DNA of 63,972 nt, filler included, from Chiloscyllium plagiosum (lineage: Eukaryota), in the NCBI RefSeq assembly GCF_004010195.1. It is 9 parts of 9 records of this genome, joined end to end, with 100 filler letters (N's around TTAATTAATTAA, not from the genome) between each part and the next. Parts side by side here need not be neighbours in the genome. Positions count along the whole stretch, not along the records: positions 38,346 to 39,950 come from NW_025163755.1; positions 40,051 to 41,421 come from NW_025150841.1; positions 41,522 to 52,420 come from NC_057720.1; 6 more parts are not named here. The stretch is one strand, 5' to 3'. Both the position numbers and the translations under genes were made by a program. Positions 38,246-50,959 of the stretch are shown here, piece by piece. How positions within the stretch are numbered: position 1 is the first letter of the stretch; each line of letters starts with the position of its first letter. The notes beneath the pieces were generated by a model that was given only the letters and a program-made list of their open reading frames with translations, had not been told where the DNA came from and did no database searches.

Positions 38246-38528
38246 NNNNNNNNNNNNNNNNNNNNNNNNNNNNNNNNNNNNNNNNNNNNTTAATTAATTA
38301 ANNNNNNNNNNNNNNNNNNNNNNNNNNNNNNNNNNNNNNNNNNNNACAGACACACACACAGACAGACACACACACACACAGACTCTGGATTAGTGGTGCT
38401 GGAAGAGCACAGCAGTTCAGGCAGTATCCGAGGAACAGTAAAATCAATGTTTCGGGCAAAAGCTCTTCATCAGGGATAAAGACAGAGAGCCTGAGGGGTG
38501 GAGACACACAGACTCTCCAGTCCCTTAC

Positions 38529-38807
38529 CCCACTAATAGAGCTGGGCCTCTGCCAGGCTGCTGTGTTCAATGTGACGGGAGTATTGATCCTCATCCCCAG
38601 CATTGATCTCAATCTCTTTCTGGATCTGATGGGTCCCATCGTGGTTCGGTTGAACCCCCGAGGAATGTGTCTCAGACATGACCTCTCCATTCCTTAGCCA
38701 GGTCACCTCGATGTCTACAGGATAAAACCCAGTGACCAGGCAGGAGAGAGTGAGCGGCTTGTCCTGACAACTGGGCTCCCTCCTGGAGATGAACACTTCA
38801 GGCTGAA
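38529..38807 (-). pseudogene. MHC class I alpha3 exon (Cys>Arg, premature stop)
   Basis: VQPEV..LSCLVTGFYPVDIEVTWLRNG..PNHDGTHQ..QYSRHIEHSSL..LY*W; acceptor catcacAG, donor G|GTAAGG. Confidence 0.92.
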
Positions 38808-38923
38808 CTGTGATGGGAAAGGGTGAAAACACAAACAATAGACAGACACTGAATGGAATGGGAGAGCGGTTTCATAGATCAGTGAGGTTAGATCAAAACG
38901 TGGAGCAAAACTGAAATACATAC

Positions 38924-39174
38924 CTTTCCTTGTGAAATAATCCTTTCCAACTTCCAGATATCTGTTTAAATGTTCAACAGATGTTTTTTGCAGATATGAT
39001 TCCCAATAGTAGTTCCAGGATTGATCTGAATTCCATTTCTCTTTATTGATCACTGCAAAGTGATTTGCGGCAACCCATCTCATTCTGTCTGGCTCTAAAC
39101 TAATGTGGTCCTTTCCATCAAATCCAAATCTCATTGATCTCTTAATGCTGCCATCATCACTGACCTCAACAGGT
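38924..39174 (-). pseudogene. MHC class I alpha2 exon (5' deletion/frameshift, helix Cys>Ser)
   Basis: EVSDDGSIKRSMRFGFDGKDHISL..WVAAN..A...KEKW..YLQKTSVEHLNRYLEVGK; donor G|GTATGT; first beta strand missing after the acceptor. Confidence 0.9.
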
Positions 39175-39255
39175 CTGATCAGAGGGGAAAGGGTTCCAAT
39201 CTCAAGTTAAAGTTGCAGAATTAGTTGACAGTCCTCATTTCACTTTACATTCCAA

Positions 39256-39490
39256 GGTCAGTGCTGGGGGATGGACTGAGTGGACAGACCCAGGGGTCAG
39301 TGCTGAGAGATGGACTGAGTGGACAGACCCAGGGGTCAGTGCTGGGGGAAGGACTGAGTGGAGTGACCCAGGGGTCAGTGCTGGGGGAAGGACTGAGTGG
39401 ACAGACCCAGGGGTCAGTGCTGAGAGATGGACTGAGTGGACAGACCCAGGGGTCAATGCTGGGAGATGGACCGAGTGGAGTGACCTGGGG
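39256..39490. repeat. 39-bp minisatellite (~6 copies) in the alpha1-alpha2 intron
   Basis: ggtcagtgctgRgRgaWggactgagtggacagacccagg units. Confidence 0.93.
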
Positions 39491-39522
39491 GATAATGTGG
39501 ACAATTGACGGTGAGATTTTTC

Positions 39523-39776
39523 CTGAAGTCTGGTTTGTCCTTTTCATGATCGATTTCAGATTCCCCTTTGCCAGCCTGGTGTGTGTGATCGCCTGATCTG
39601 TAGCATCGTCCCAGAATTTCACACTGAGTGAATCAGCCAGGAACTGCTGCCTGGGGACACAGCGACGGGTATCACTGTCAAAGTAACCTGTTTGTATTCC
39701 GTTGACCATCGCAACAACAGTGACTTCAGGGAAATCTTGTTCTGCTGAGACAATTGTATAGTTCGTGAGTTAGTCT
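39523..39776 (-). pseudogene. MHC class I alpha1 exon (frameshift, donor GT>GA)
   Basis: ETNS/NYTIVSAEQDFPEVTVVAMVNGIQTGYFDSDTRRCVPRQQFL..FWD..RTNQTSG; TCA G|GAAAAA where a GT donor is expected. Confidence 0.88.
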
Positions 39777-40493
39777 CTGTAATATAAACAGTTCGAGGAA
39801 CTGGTTATCAAACTGCAGAACAAGCACTGGAAGGGAAACTGGGAGGGTGAGGAACTAGCAAACAAGACAGAATGTGGCTGGTGAGGGGGAGGAAGAGAGA
39901 CTTGGGGGATAAAGAGAGCCAGACTGGGGAGGGACAGAGATTGGGGAGGGNNNNNNNNNNNNNNNNNNNNNNNNNNNNNNNNNNNNNNNNNNNNTTAATT
40001 AATTAANNNNNNNNNNNNNNNNNNNNNNNNNNNNNNNNNNNNNNNNNNNNATGATGTCTGGAATTATTTTAGGCATAGACAGGGTAAACTGGGTGGGTGA
40101 AACCTTTCCCCTTGATGGAGAGATCAATGCCTCAGGGGCACAGGGTGAAGGTAAGGCCAGGAGGTTTCAAGTGGATCTCAGGGGAAAACAAAATCAAACA
40201 GAGGGTGGTGTTAGCCTAGAGCTCAGCACCTATAAGTCATGTAGAGACTGAGCCCCTCATAATAAATATCCTTGCAAGTATCCTTGCAAGGGCAAGTCAC
40301 ACAAGGCAATGGATCATGTGCTGGCACATGAGACTGAAATAGTTAGGTGGCTGTTATTGATAGGCGTGAATTGGGTGGACCAAAGGGCCTTTTTCCTGTG
40401 CTGTATGAGGTGATTCTGTGAAAATGGTTATAAATAATGCCTTATTCATGTTAATCACAGAGATCTGTTTATCACAGTTCCCACAACACTTAC

Positions 40494-40799
40494 CTGGACA
40501 TGGCATTACTTTGCTCTTGTGTGACCCGCTGTGTTGAACCTCACAGGAGATTTTGCTGGGGCAATCTACCGCTGACTCGGGCAGGGTTAACTAGCTGCTC
40601 AGGGTGTAGGTTCCCTTCTTGTTTCTCACTGATGGGTAAGTCTTCAATCCAGTCGTGAATAGCTCCCCACCTTTCTTCCAGGTTACCTTGGTGACGTCAG
40701 GAGAATAGTCCATCGCCAAACAACCAAAGATCACAGAACCGGTGTTGTGCTCCTGACAGGAGGAGACCAGGCCATAAAGTGTGGGGGGCGATGGTGTCT
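40494..40799 (-). pseudogene. IGHM: IgM CH1 exon copy 2 (nonsense Gln>stop)
   Basis: 306 nt with canonical splice sites; AGC AGC TAG TTA at 40591-40593 versus CAG in the other copies. Confidence 0.9.
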
Positions 40800-41139
40800 C
40801 TACAACAGAATGACCAATTGAGCATGTTAGTTTCTGTTAATTTGACCTTATCAGTTACTCAAATGTATCCTCAGCTGTAAACGTTTGCCAGTATGCACCC
40901 GCTGAAGTCTACAGCATAACTGGGGTTTATCTTTGTTTCCTACCAGTTGCTGATCATGATCATTGGTTCCCTCTTTAGAAACATGCCTTCGAACTTGACC
41001 ATTGCCATATAATTTAGGAAGAAGAACATCCTGATCCCACCCCAGAAACTGTTTGAAGATCTCACCAACTGACACTTTCACTGAATTGCTGTGAAGAGCA
41101 GAGACGTTTCACAAAATACAAACCAAGGAATTGCAGATT

Positions 41140-41421
41140 CATCGAAATTCTACAGTATGTGCAAACAGGCCATTTGGGTTAACAAGTCCACACCCACCCT
41201 CTGAAAAGTAACGCATCCCCTACCCTATTATGCTACAGTTAACCCTGACTAATGCACCTAAACTCCCAATCACTGAATACAACATTTGCAATTCCCCCAG
41301 CTTGCACATCTTTGGACTGTGGGAGGAAAAGCACACAGACATGGGGAGAAAGTGCCAACTCCACACAGACAGTCACCCGAGGCTGGAGTGGAACCCGAGT
41401 CCCTAGCACTGTGAGGCAGCA
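41140..41421 (-). mobile_element. V-SINE upstream of CH1 (same site occupied at ~63530-63825)
   Basis: ttgcacatctttggactgtgggagg motif at an equivalent position in the two paralogous pieces. Confidence 0.8.
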
Positions 41422-41521
41422 NNNNNNNNNNNNNNNNNNNNNNNNNNNNNNNNNNNNNNNNNNNNTTAATTAATTAANNNNNNNNNNNNNNNNNNNNNNN
41501 NNNNNNNNNNNNNNNNNNNNN

Positions 41522-44500
41522 CCTTTACTCAACTGAAATACTGTTCCATCTGATTGCAGCTTCTCCCTCTCAAACTACAGGGGGAATTCTATCATATTAT
41601 GGTCACTTATCCACAGGGATACTTTCACCTTCAGCTCATTAATCAAGTTTGCCTCATTACACATCACTCAATCCAGAACTGCCTGTGCCATAGTGGCTCA
41701 ATCACAAGCTGTTTCAAAAACCATCTCGTAGACATCCATGAAATCCTTTTCTTGAGACGGGCTACCCAGTCCACCTATCCATTGAGGCCTACCCTGACAT
41801 TTTGTATGCGGCTTTTCTGTCTCCTGATTGATTTCCTTCCCCACACCCTAATTACTGCTTGGGGACCTGGACATAACGTGCATCAGATTCTTTATTTCTT
41901 GCGGTTCCTCAACTCTACTCACACACATTCTACACCTTCTGACTCTATATCACTTCTTGCTTTGATTTAATTTCATTTCATACTAACAAGGCAACTCTTG
42001 TCCCCTGCCCATCTACCTGTCCTTTTGATGGGACATGTATCCTTGGATATTTAGTTCCCAGCCCAGATCCCATTATAGAGGCTATGCCTGCCTCTTCGTA
42101 GGATATGTGGAACAATCCATCTTCCGCAACTATCTCTGTGATACCCACAACATCGTACCTGCCAGTTTCAATCTGCACTACAAACCCATTGTGTATACTG
42201 TGTGTATTTCAGTACAACTCCCTCAGTCCTGCATTGACTGCCCTCCTTCCCATCATTGTCCCCTTATCTGCTGTGCTTGATGTTCGACTCTTGTTCCTTT
42301 CCACACTCTCTGTCCTAGTACGTCTTCTAGAAACTTGAATAACCTCTCCTGAGCCCTCCTCCACTTTAACTCGTTTAAATTCCTTGGACACTCAATTTAC
42401 CTCGATTTATGGCATCACTTTGTCTACCTTACTCGGAATGCTTCATGCATTTAGATACAAACCTTTTAAGTTTGTTCTATTATTGATTTTCCCTGCACTT
42501 TTATGGTTCCGTTAATATTCAAAAATTCTTTCCCTTCCTTTTATCTTCTGGNNNNNNNNNNNNNNNNNNNNNNNNNNNNNNNNNNNNNNNNNNNNNNNNN
42601 NNNNNNNNNNNNNNNNNNCATCCAACTGAACCAAATTATTTTCTCTTTGGGTTGAGTTCAGGACAATATTTATTCTTGAACCAAAATCATGAAGAATGCT
42701 CTTTGATCTCATTGATTCTAGTGGGATCTTGCTGTGTAGAAATTGGCTGCCCCATTCCTGAAATTGCAAAATTGACTGGTTTTCAAACAAAATGTAAATG
42801 TCTTTGGGACAGCCTGAGATGTTAGGGGCTCGATTGAAATACAATTACAGTTATGGAGATGTACAGCACAGAAACAGACCCTCCAGTCCAAGTCATCCAT
42901 CCTGACCAGATACCCTAAATTAATCTAGTCCCATTTGCCAGCATCAGGCCCATGTCGCTCTCAACCCTTCCTATTCATATACCCATCCAGATGGCATTTT
43001 AAATATTGTAATCATACCAGCCTCCACCACTTCCTCTGGCAGCTCATTCCAAAAATGTACCACCCTCTGCATGAAAACGTCACACCTTAGGTCCCTTTTA
43101 AATCTTTCTTCTGTCACGTTNNNNNNNNNNNNNNNNNNNNNNNNNNNNNNNNNNNNNNNNNNNNNNNNNNNNNNNNNNNNNNNNNNNNNNNNNNNNNNNN
43201 NNNNNNNNNNNNNNNNNNNNNNNNNNNNNNNNNNNNNNNNNNNNNNNNNNNNNNNNNNNNNNNNNNNNNNNNNNNNNNNNNNNNNNNNNNNNNNNNNNNN
43301 NNNNNNNNNNNNNNNNNNNNNNNNNNNNNNNNNNNNNNNNNNNNNNNNNNNNNNNNNNNNNNNNNNNNNNNNNNNNNNNNNNNNNNNNNNNNNNNNNNNN
43401 NNNNNNNNNNNNNNNNNNNNNNNNNNNNNNNNNNNNNNNNNNNNNNNNNNNNNNNNNNNNNNNNNNNNNNNNNNNNNNNNNNNNNNNNNNNNNNNNNNNN
43501 NNNNNNNNNNNNNNNNNNNNNNNNNNNNNNNNNNNNNNNNNNNNNNNNNNNNNNNNNNNNNNNNNNNNNNNNNNNNNNNNNNNNNNNNNNNNNNNNNNNN
43601 NNNNNNNNNNNNNNNNNNNNNNNNNNNNNNNNNNNNACTGAGACTCTTTGCAGCCTCACCCTGGATCTCAGCCCAGTGGTGTGCAGCAAGGTTTGAAATG
43701 TAATCTGGAACATTCTAAACAGACACCCCAATGTGACTCCTTCCTGAAATATTTGGATCCAGGTCTGCTCCAATGTTCTCGGATAAAGTTCTCCTCATCT
43801 GTGGATAATCGGAGGTTTGTTAAAGAGGGATCGAGCTCCATCCAACTTTCCAGCTCTTGCTCCATAGCTCTGGAGGTTTCGCTGTTCCAAGTGAATATCC
43901 AAGTGTTTTTTCAATGTGATGAGGGTTTCTGCCTCTCCCACTATTTCAGACAATGAGTCCCAGATCCCATCAGCCTCTGGGTGAAAACAATTACTCCTCA
44001 ATTCCCCTCGAACCCTGTTCCCAATTCATTTCAATCTCTCTCCATTGTTATTGCCCTCTCTGCTGATGGAAATCAGTCCTTCCTACCAATTCTATCTCGG
44101 CCCTCATCATTTTACACGATTAAATCTCCCCTCAGCCAAAGAATACAGTCCCAGCCAAACCAAGCATTCCTCAAAACAAAAACTCCCCATTCCTGACAAA
44201 ATCCTCCACTGTCCCCATCACTAGGAGGATCATATCCTTCCTGTAATGTGGTGACCAGAACTGTACACTGTTCTCTCACTGTGCTCTAACTGGGGTTTCA
44301 TATAGTTCCAGAATATACAAACTCCTTGATTTCAGTCTCAAACAAAAATGAGATCTGGAGGTGATGGCCTAATGGTATTATTGCTGAACTGTTAATTCAG
44401 AGATCCAGATTAATGTTCTAGGGACCAGGGTTAGAATCCTGCCACAGCAGATGGTGAAATTTGAATTCAATTTAAAAAAATGGAATTAAGAGCCTAATGA

Positions 44501-45706
44501 TGACCATGAAACCATCGTTGATTGTCAGGAAAAAGCCATGTGATTCCCTAATGTCATTTTGGGAAGGAAACTGCCATCCTTCCCATGTGACACCAGACCC
44601 ACAACAATCGTTGACTCTAAAATGCCCTCTGGGGATTAGGGATGGGCAATAAATGTTGCTGATCCAGCAATGCCCTCGTTCCGTCAAGGGAAAAAGAAAA
44701 ACAGTTTATCCCATGTGTCTTCTTAACCACCTTACTGACCTGCATTCATTAATCACCATGGCCACATCTTCCACCTCCACACACGTGACTTCCAACCCCA
44801 AGCTGATGAGAGACATTCCTTCAATATCTGCGAAATGGACAGAAACATCAAACACAGGAGCAGCAGTAGGCCATTCGGCCCCTCAAGCCTACTCCACCAT
44901 TCAATATGATCATGGCCGATCATTCAACATTGTCCCCTGTTCCTGCTTTCTCCCCTTGTTCTTTGATCCCTTGAATCTTAAGAACTGTATCTAATTCCTT
45001 CTTGAACACATACCGCATCTAATTCCCTCATGCTGGTAAATTGATGAGAATTATTGAGTTGTTTTTTGATACAATGATCCGTTGGGCCTTCTGGGTCTCT
45101 CTGACTCTGACTCTATTATTATATATTATGAAGAACTGGGTTCCAAGGACTGATCCCTGTGGTACCCCAACTGGTAAATATCTGCCATTCAGAAAAAAAG
45201 ACTCGTTCTTCCTGTCCTGTCTGCCAACCAGTTCTCAATCCATGTCAGTACATGACACTCAATCCTCTTGTTTGTTGGGATTTCTTTGATTCAGTTGGAC
45301 ATATTTAATCCTGTTCAATGTTACCCCTGCATTTTCGATTCTCCTCTGGGTTTTCTGCAGGTTTGAACTCCAGATAACCAACATCACCTTCCTGTTTGGT
45401 CTTCCCTACACTGGCTGCCTTTTGACATCCCAGGCTGAGAGTCTAGATTTGGGAGTCCCCCTTACTCCTTGTGTGAACAGATTCTGAACAATCGCTGTCT
45501 TTTCTTTTGAGGGATTCCACTGCCCTGACACTGATTTCCCATCATATCGTTGGTTCCAGTCCACTTTTACTAAATCATCACACAGTTTAGTAAAATAGTT
45601 CATTCCCAAGTGAAAACTTTAACACTTGCTGCATGGTTCTCCATTTCCATCCCTACTCTCAATCTCACTGAGTTCTGATCACTGTCATTAAACTACTCCC
45701 CCATTG
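41522..45706 (-). mobile_element. Patchwork of CR1 fragments with a tRNA-type SINE (~44355-44690) and assembly gaps
   Basis: QIETGRYDVVGITE (endonuclease), CR1 3' ends at ~42850 and ~43850, GVPQGSVLG-type remnant at ~45140-45170. Confidence 0.7.
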
Positions 45707-46027
45707 AACTCTCAGCCCAAGCTGACCCTGCTGCCCCCCTCCCCAGAGCAGGTAGATGCCAAGGGCACTGCCACCCTGGTGTGCCTTGCTAATTACTTCT
45801 ATCCCGATGAGCTGGAGGTGCAGTGGAAGAAGGATGGTGCAGTCATTTCGGACGGGGTTCAGACCAGCAACTACCTGCGAGCTTCGGACAGCACCTACAG
45901 TGTCAGCAGCCTGCTGACCCTCTCTGGGTCTGACTGGGAGTCCAACGCTCGCTTCTCCTGTGCCCTCACCCACGTGACCCTCCCCTCTCCCCTCAGCAAG
46001 AGCATCAGGAGATCAGAATGTGTGTAG
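45707..46027 (+). pseudogene. IGKC: Ig light chain C exon, kappa (type III/NS4-like), copy A: open frame but native acceptor lost
   Basis: NSQPKLTLLPPSPEQVDAKGTATLVCLANYFYPDELEVQWKKDG..SDSTYSVSSLLTLSGSDWESNARFSCALTH..RSECV*; abuts CR1 sequence directly; ATTAAA at 46552. Confidence 0.85.
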
Positions 46028-47109
46028 AAAGTTCAAGACAGTCCACAGAGGAGACACAACTTTAAATAGAACAGGGCTGAGCTGGCAGGACAAAGGTCAT
46101 TGTCAGCACTGAATTTCAACACTCCTCCTTCTCAGGACTGGCTATGGGGACACTTCTGAGGTTCAGGAGTTAAGGCAGTTCATTGGGACAGCGTAGAGAG
46201 AGCTTTATCCTATGTAAAACCTCACACTGTCCTTGTCCTGGGAGTGTTTTACAGGTCAGGGTTGACTTGTGACGTTAAGTAAAATCTCTTGAAGATGCTG
46301 AAAACTGTCAGCTGTACAAAACAATGTGAACCTCAGAAGTCTCTGCTTCAGTAAACCAGATCTTCTTCCTGCTCAGCTGTCAGTTCCAATTTAAGATTTT
46401 TATCACTGTTTAAAGGGACAGGATTCGCATGTTACTGAGAAACCTTCCACAAGTGTTTTCCTCAAGCATCACTGTGGCTGTGAATTTGAGCAGCTTCCGC
46501 TGTCTGAGCTGTTAATTTTAGTGTTTATTCTCCCAAAGTCAATCAAAACAGATTAAAGTTGAAGAAGATTCAGTCTCTGTTTCTGTGTGCTTTGGAAATG
46601 GACCACTCCCTTCAGCTGATTGGATGCATTTCAGAATAGCATTGTCACAATTAGCTGTTTGGTCTGTCAATCAGTAAGACTTTCGTTGTAGTATGGACTG
46701 ACGGCCAATTATCAATCATTTTCAAATGATCCCTTTGATCTGGAAACTGTGGAGGTTACAAGTTTCCAAACAGGACAGAAACTGAAAGCTGTTGGGACTC
46801 TGTAATTACAATCTGAGGCATTCGCCTTAACTCTTTTGATCCAGGCAGAGTTGCTGGGATAGTACTGTGCGCTCTCTGCTGCATGCTGGATAGTAGCTGT
46901 AATGTTCTTAGGCTAGTCACTGAGAATGGAGGCTGTGTGTCTCTCTGAGTGTGAGTGTGAGTGTGTATGTATTACATAATGCTGCCTGAGGTGTCACTGT
47001 GAGTGTGGGTGTGTTATTCAGAGACACTGACATGCAGCACTGAGTAACATGTTCACACTCAGAGAGACACCTCCAGGCAGCATGGACTGTGAGCATGTTA
47101 CTCAGTGCT

Positions 47110-47314
47110 CAGAGGGTGTGGTGGTGGAAAAGCATAGCAGGTCAGGCAACATCCGAGGAGCAGGAGAATCAATGCCTTCATCAGTAAAATTCCTTTATCA
47201 GGATGTCCAAAGCGTTGATTTTGCTGCCGCTCAGATGCTGCCTGACCTGCTGTGCTTTTCCAGTACCACACTCTCGACTCTAAGCTCCAGCATCTGCAGT
47301 CCTCACTTTTGCCT
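47110..47314. mobile_element. Inverted pair of Penelope-derived repeats with 14-bp flanking direct repeat
   Basis: TGTTACTCAGTGCT at 47096-47109 and 47315-47328; gcaggtcaggca..atc / gatgctgcctgacctgc arms. Confidence 0.8.
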
Positions 47315-48127
47315 TGTTACTCAGTGCTGCCTGGCACTCTGGGTGTGTGCCTGTAGATATCTCTCTGAGTGTCTGTGTTATTCTGTACTCCCTGTCAGTA
47401 TCTCAATGAGTGTGAATGTGTTACTCTGTGCTGCCTGTAGGTGTCTCTGAGGTATTTGTCTCTGAGTGATGGATAGAGAATGGGCTTTGTGATGGGAATT
47501 GAAGATTTGGCTTTAATCTTATCAAATCATGAATGAAATACACTTCAGTCTGAAATGGCACCTCAGTGAGATGGCCAAAGTTAAAAATCGCACAACACCT
47601 GGTTATAGTCCAACAGGTTTCTTTGGAAGTATCCACTTTCAGAGCACTGCTCCTTCATCAGGCAGCTCGTCGGGCAGGATCATAGTTCACAGAATTTACA
47701 GTGAAATTGAGATGGCAACTGAGAAAGGTGAATATTGAGAGTGTGTTCGCAGTAAGGGAGGGATTTCAGAGGCAGTGGGCACTGTGCTCCCTAATGTGTT
47801 GCCTGATTACAAGGGGATTTTCTGTATCCAGGGTAATTGCAGTTGTAGCTGCCTGCCCAGCCAGTGCTGACTACCCATAGTCATATTTCAATGGTCAATT
47901 AGCTCTAAACTAGGTGCAGTAATATTACCTTACAGAGAGGGGAGCTGTCTGAACGAGGGTGGTTGAATTCTTGCAACCCCAAGGGGGGTTGCAGTGGATT
48001 AATGAAGGGCACTACCAACATGAAGGTGCCACCTTCTCTCCCCCGCCTCAGCTGTAGTGACGCTTGGATTAAACTCACCACCATTTGGCTCTGTCACTAA
48101 TGAGCGAGTGAGACAATGCTCCTCTGG

Positions 48128-49296
48128 GATTAGATTAGATTAGATTAGATTAGATTAGATTACCTACATCAGGACTTTCGGCTCAACCAATCCACACCAA
48201 CCCACCAAAGAGAAATCCACCCGACCCATTTCCCTCTGACTAATGCACTAATACACTATGGGCAATTTATAGATTACCTGCATCAGGACTTTCGGCTCAA
48301 CCAATCCACACCGACCCACCAAAGAGAAACCCACCCGACCCATTTCCCTCTGACTAATGCACTAATACACTATGGGCAATTTAGCATGACCAATTCACCT
48401 GATTTGCACATCTTTGGTCTGTGGGAGGAAACCAGAGCCCCCAGAGGAAACCCAGGCAGACACAGGGAGAATGTGCAAACTCCACACAGACATTCACCCG
48501 AGGCTGGAATCGAACCTGGGAACCTGGTGCTGTGAGGCAGCAGTGCTAGCAGGGATGATGACCATGTTCCTGGGTGATAGAGGGAAGGTCAACCTCTCCC
48601 AAAGGCAGCACAAGCTGGATTGAAGGGGCATCAAGAGTAAGCATGGAGAGATTGAGGGTGACAGAAGGAGGGGGTTGGTTGGCAGGTTGTTATTCAGAGT
48701 CAGGTACCAGAGTATCAGTACTTCTGACACTCCCCTTTTTTTCTGTCAGCCAGGGATCCCTGATTGGGCAAGGTTAAACCCCATCAGGGAACTCATATTT
48801 TATCAGAAAAAAATAAACACTTATCGAACAAGGAGCGCAAGAGCTAAAGGACACTGAACAATATGAATGGTTTGAAAGGTTTCTTTATAAACAACGCAAA
48901 TGAGATTTGGGAAAGAACTTCTTTCACTCAGAGGGGGTGGGAATCTGGAATGGGCTGTCATAGAATCCCTACAGTGTGGAAACAAGCCATTTGGTGCAAC
49001 AAGTCCCGACCAATCCTCCGAAGAGAAATTCACCAAGATCCATTCCCCTTGGCTATTTCCCCTGACTAATGCACCTAACTAACACATCCCTGAACACTAT
49101 GGGCAATTTTAACATGGCCAATTCACCTAACCTGCACATCTTTGGATTATGGGAGGAAACTGGAGCACACAGAGGAAAAACACACAGACACGGGGAGAAT
49201 GTGCAAACTCCACACGGATACCCGAGGCTGAAATCGACCCGGGTCTCTAGTGCTGTGAGGCAGCAGTACTAACCACTGAGCCACCATGCCACCCAT
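48128..49296 (-). mobile_element. Two V-SINEs (48128-48550 with (ATTAG)n tail and 118-bp internal duplication; 48960-49296)
   Basis: Reverse-complement SINE head and V-domain motifs. Confidence 0.8.
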
Positions 49297-50959
49297 AAAA
49301 AAGCCCAAAGAGTTGAGCTTTCATTAAGCTCCATGAGTCGGATGTGACACAAACTATAAACTCGCAACCCTCTGTCAGGGAAGGTAGTGGAGGGTAGCGA
49401 CCTTACAACTCTTGAATATCATAACATTCACAGATTTGGGACAACGGCAGGAAATTGGGATGAAAGTGCCTTCAGTTGTAATTATGTTGGTGCAGATTCA
49501 ATGTGCCAAAGGGTCTTTTCTATGTTGTATCTATGCTGAGAGGGCTGTGCAGGTTAATGGTGACTAGTATAGGTTGTCGAAGGTGACAAATACATGATCA
49601 AAGGTCAGAGGAAATGGTTCAAGCTTCAGTGAAGGCCCAAGTAGGTGCTTGGAAGGAGGGTCAAGGCTCATGGAGGCAAGGCCAATGGAGACTGAGCGAG
49701 GGCACAGAGTACTGGCTGGCATCTCCAGGGGTTGTAGTGAGGCATATAGGGACAAGAAGGGAGTGTGTAGGGAGCGAGTACAGTTTCAGATGAAATGCGA
49801 CCTTTGCCAGCAGCAGCATGGCCTTCAGCACCAAGAGGTGTCCCTGACTGTGTCAGGCTCACTGACTGCTCTCTGTGTGATTCCACACAGCCACTCGTCT
49901 GGTCACCACGCAAAGTTTTGCTCATGTTTATACTATTGGCTACAGCACAGTCTGCACCCAGCATCTGTACCTTCTGTCTATGCCACTGTCTATACACACC
50001 GTCTGCACCCTCCGTTTACACCCCGTGTCCACACCCACTGTCTACACCGCTGTCTGCACCCTTCATCCACACCTCCCATCTTTCTGCTGTTGTAAGATTG
50101 TATCCAATGATTCCATTGAGCTTACTGCAACAGAAGCCTGAATTTTAGAACTGGCAATGATTGTCCTCTAACCCTGACCTTCAATGTCTGTCTTCCATAA
50201 TGAGGTGATTAATTTGATTTCTGTGATGGCAGGACTGATGTATAAAGAGAGGTTGAGTTGGTGAGGATTGTTTTCATTGGAGTTTAGAAGAATGAAGGAA
50301 GGGAATCTTGTAGAAAGGTATAAAATTGGAAAAGGACGAGACACGTTAGATGGAGGTGGGGAAGTCCTGAACCAGGGCTCATAGTTTAAGGTTAAGGGGT
50401 AGACTCTATAGGACAGAGATGAGGGAAAATGTTTTCACCCAGAGAGTGGTAAGCCTGTGGAATTCTCTGTCGCAGAAAGTTGTTGAGGCCAAAACATTAT
50501 GTTTTCAAGAAGGGGGTAGACATAGCTCTTGTGGCTAAAGAATCAAGGGATATGGCGTCGGGAGGGATTACAATGTAGTGTTCGATGATCATAGATAGAT
50601 TCTTGATGACTGAAGGGATGAAACATTATCAGAGAATGTAGAATTGAGGTTAAAATCAGATCAACCATAATCTTATTGAATGGGGAGCAGGTTCAAAGGG
50701 CCGAGTGGCCCAATTTTGTTCCTTGCCCATATGTTGCCTCATAAACTTTCACACAATCGAAGACTGTCATTTGTATTTTCTACCTGCAGATTAAGCTGCT
50801 TGTGCAATGGGCCTCATCTGCACAGTGTTTTCTCCAGCCTTTCACCATGATATGTTTAAGATAATGGCCCCATAATCAATCCATTAACTTTGTAAGTTAG
50901 TTTATTTAAATCAATAAAACACATTACAGGTCATGAAGCAGACTTTACAGCAAGCAAGA

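Noticed and set aside
38139-38529. TM exon at 38139-38245 as the MHC class I TM exon
   Set aside because: It is separated from alpha3 by an artificial linker and resembles the NKp30-like TM (ILWxxRA) on its own piece.
39225-39596. Repetitive ORFs or a CRISPR-like array
   Set aside because: A spacer-less 39-bp intronic minisatellite read through in several frames.
43071-43773. Long ORFs spanning N runs (also 9724-10217)
   Set aside because: Artefacts of translating assembly gaps.
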